DNA of 60,000 bases, from NCBI RefSeq assembly GCF_037042905.1, contig NC_087245.1, forward strand, positions 7,008,001 through 7,068,000. The letters are read 5' to 3'. The notes beneath the pieces are model-generated. The model was not told the DNA's origin, made no database searches, and saw only the letters and a program-made list of their open reading frames with translations. Both the position numbers and the translations under genes were made by a program. Source of the DNA: Lytechinus pictus (Eukaryota). Positions 58,174 to 60,000 of the stretch are shown here, in pieces. Position 1 is the first letter of the stretch; each line of letters starts with the position of its first letter.

Positions 58174-59863
58174 ACTAGGAAAGCTTATGTTAATATGTAT
58201 AGAGAAATTAGATATCTGTTTTGTTAGAACTGAGTGAGATTAAGTTGTGAAGAGAAGTTAGGGATCTGTGCAACTGAATGAGCTTATGCTTTTATATTTG
58301 GAATTCGAGGAAAAGGCTGTGCTGCAATTGATGACAATATACATGCACTTTGAGGTTATGTGAGTTTGTAATTATAAACTTTTAATACGTAGGTTTGAAA
58401 TTGCCATGATGGATTAAACCTAACTTAACCAACCTAACCCTATTAGAAGTGAAAACTAATTTGATAAATTATACACCAATGGAAAGCTACTGAACAAGTT
58501 TCATACTTTTCATGGCTTGCTTGCTGAATATTTGCTCTAGAAATGGCCAGATTGCAAAAATAAAAAACGATGTTTCACGGCTACTTTGCACTTCATAACT
58601 GCCAGGATACCATGACCTTGTTGTGATTCCATCAGTTTGTATGGCAGAAAGTTCAAGTAGTTTCTTGTTTTCCAGAATACAAGTTCAAATTCCAATAATG
58701 TGCACAGAAAGATTCCTTTCGAAATACTTTGACAAATGGATCAAACTATACAAGTCATTTGGCTATGACTTGTATGTCAAAGCTGTAACTTAGATCTGAA
58801 TGGAGATACGTGGGTGAAAAGTTGCCCCAAATAAACAAAATCAAATTTTGCCCAAAATAATGTAAAAAACTAGATTTCATAAAATTAAGCAGGACATTTA
58901 ATGTTATTTTTCTGTGTGAATTGTTTAAAAAAAGGATTTGTTACACTGAACAAGAAAAAAGTAATCTTTTCTAAATGCATAGCACATTCTTTATTGGACC
59001 AATATTCTAATTACTTGCTGTGTTAATTTATGTATGAAAATCAGCATTGACTGTCTATGGTTTAAACCTCCTTCAAAATAATCTGTGAATTGAACTATGT
59101 TGCTAAAGTTTGTCAGTAAGTTGTCGTCAATAGTTAGCAGAGATTAATTTACCAGCTCTAATTATAAAGGTATTGTAGACTTGTAAGAATTTGTGTGTGA
59201 ATATAATATATACTCAGGGGATGGGATCTCTGCCAACTTCAATTTGGAGATTAAATCTTTTATTTCTTTTCTATCCAAAAACTTGTGTTCATTTTCAACA
59301 GCAAAAATTTGATATGTTTATGTACAATTATAGTCTCAAATGCTATTTATGGCTGTATTCTAGATTTGCCAATTTGATGAACAGCATCACTGTTGTATTT
59401 ATTTATTTTTTTTTGCCTAATTTATATTTTTTTCTTGAGAAATACAAAGTAATGGCTAAAAGCTCTAAAAGGATAGCTAGCACTTATGTTTCAGTAATAA
59501 ATGTAAATGGCATGCATCAATTTTGTAGGAATACAGGCATATCTGAGTATTAACATTTATGATTTGATTAAATAACAATGAAGTCAGATAAACTTTAAGT
59601 GTAGTATGTTATATCATGGACCTATTAGAGGTGAACATTCAATCCGATCCTTTCGATGATCAAGTGACGCCTAGTGATTATGTGCATCTTAATGAGAACG
59701 TACACAGGTTTTGACAGTAGCGACTCATTACCAAGGCGATTATTTAAAAAGGGGCAGCTTTCCTGGTTTTGGTTTTGTTGGCTGATGCCCAGTTTCAGAA
59801 AATGCTTTTCAATCAACATACTTTAGATTTGGAGCAGTAATATGGAGAAGCAGATGATTTTGT

Positions 59864-60000
59864 GGCATAATGGTCTAGTGGTTATGACTCATGTCTTTCA
59901 ATTTGAGGGACGTGGGTTCAATTCCAAGCCATGGCGTATTTTCCTTCAGCAAGAAATTTACCCATATTGTGCTGCACTTCAACCCAGGTGAGGTAAATGG
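59864..60000 (+). mobile_element. tRNA-derived SINE, 5' part, truncated by the window end
   Basis: A box tggtctagtgg, B box ggttcaattcc, core 'ccttcagcaag...acccaggtg..aaatgg'. Confidence 0.7.

Overview
Eukaryotic, AT-rich, repeat-dense animal genomic DNA. The repeat repertoire suggests an invertebrate deuterostome such as a sea urchin (inference). Host genes, all on the + strand: a probable terminal exon of an unidentified gene (2452-3035); LRRC51 with an intronless CDS (17393-18067); and a complete 9-exon ALDH8A1 (32241-56101, 484 aa assembled by hand through GT-AG introns). The rest is largely transposons. These are a 5.4-kb near-complete palindromic foldback element (TAG..CTA ends, 3-bp TSD), a 1.6-kb palindromic TAT..ATA element with 6-bp TSD and mirrored 31-bp arrays, a CR1/L2-group LINE inactivated by one nonsense codon, a DD34E Tc1 with an open transposase ORF and a TTAA MITE inside one TIR, nested MITEs (Kolobok/T2-, piggyBac-, hAT-, Sola-, ISL2EU-like), Helentron-type non-autonomous elements and tRNA-derived SINEs. 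I see no CRISPR array or prokaryotic system. The most unusual structures are the two large palindromic elements and the modified Tc1. Superfamily calls for non-coding elements rest only on termini and TSD rules, not on database searches.
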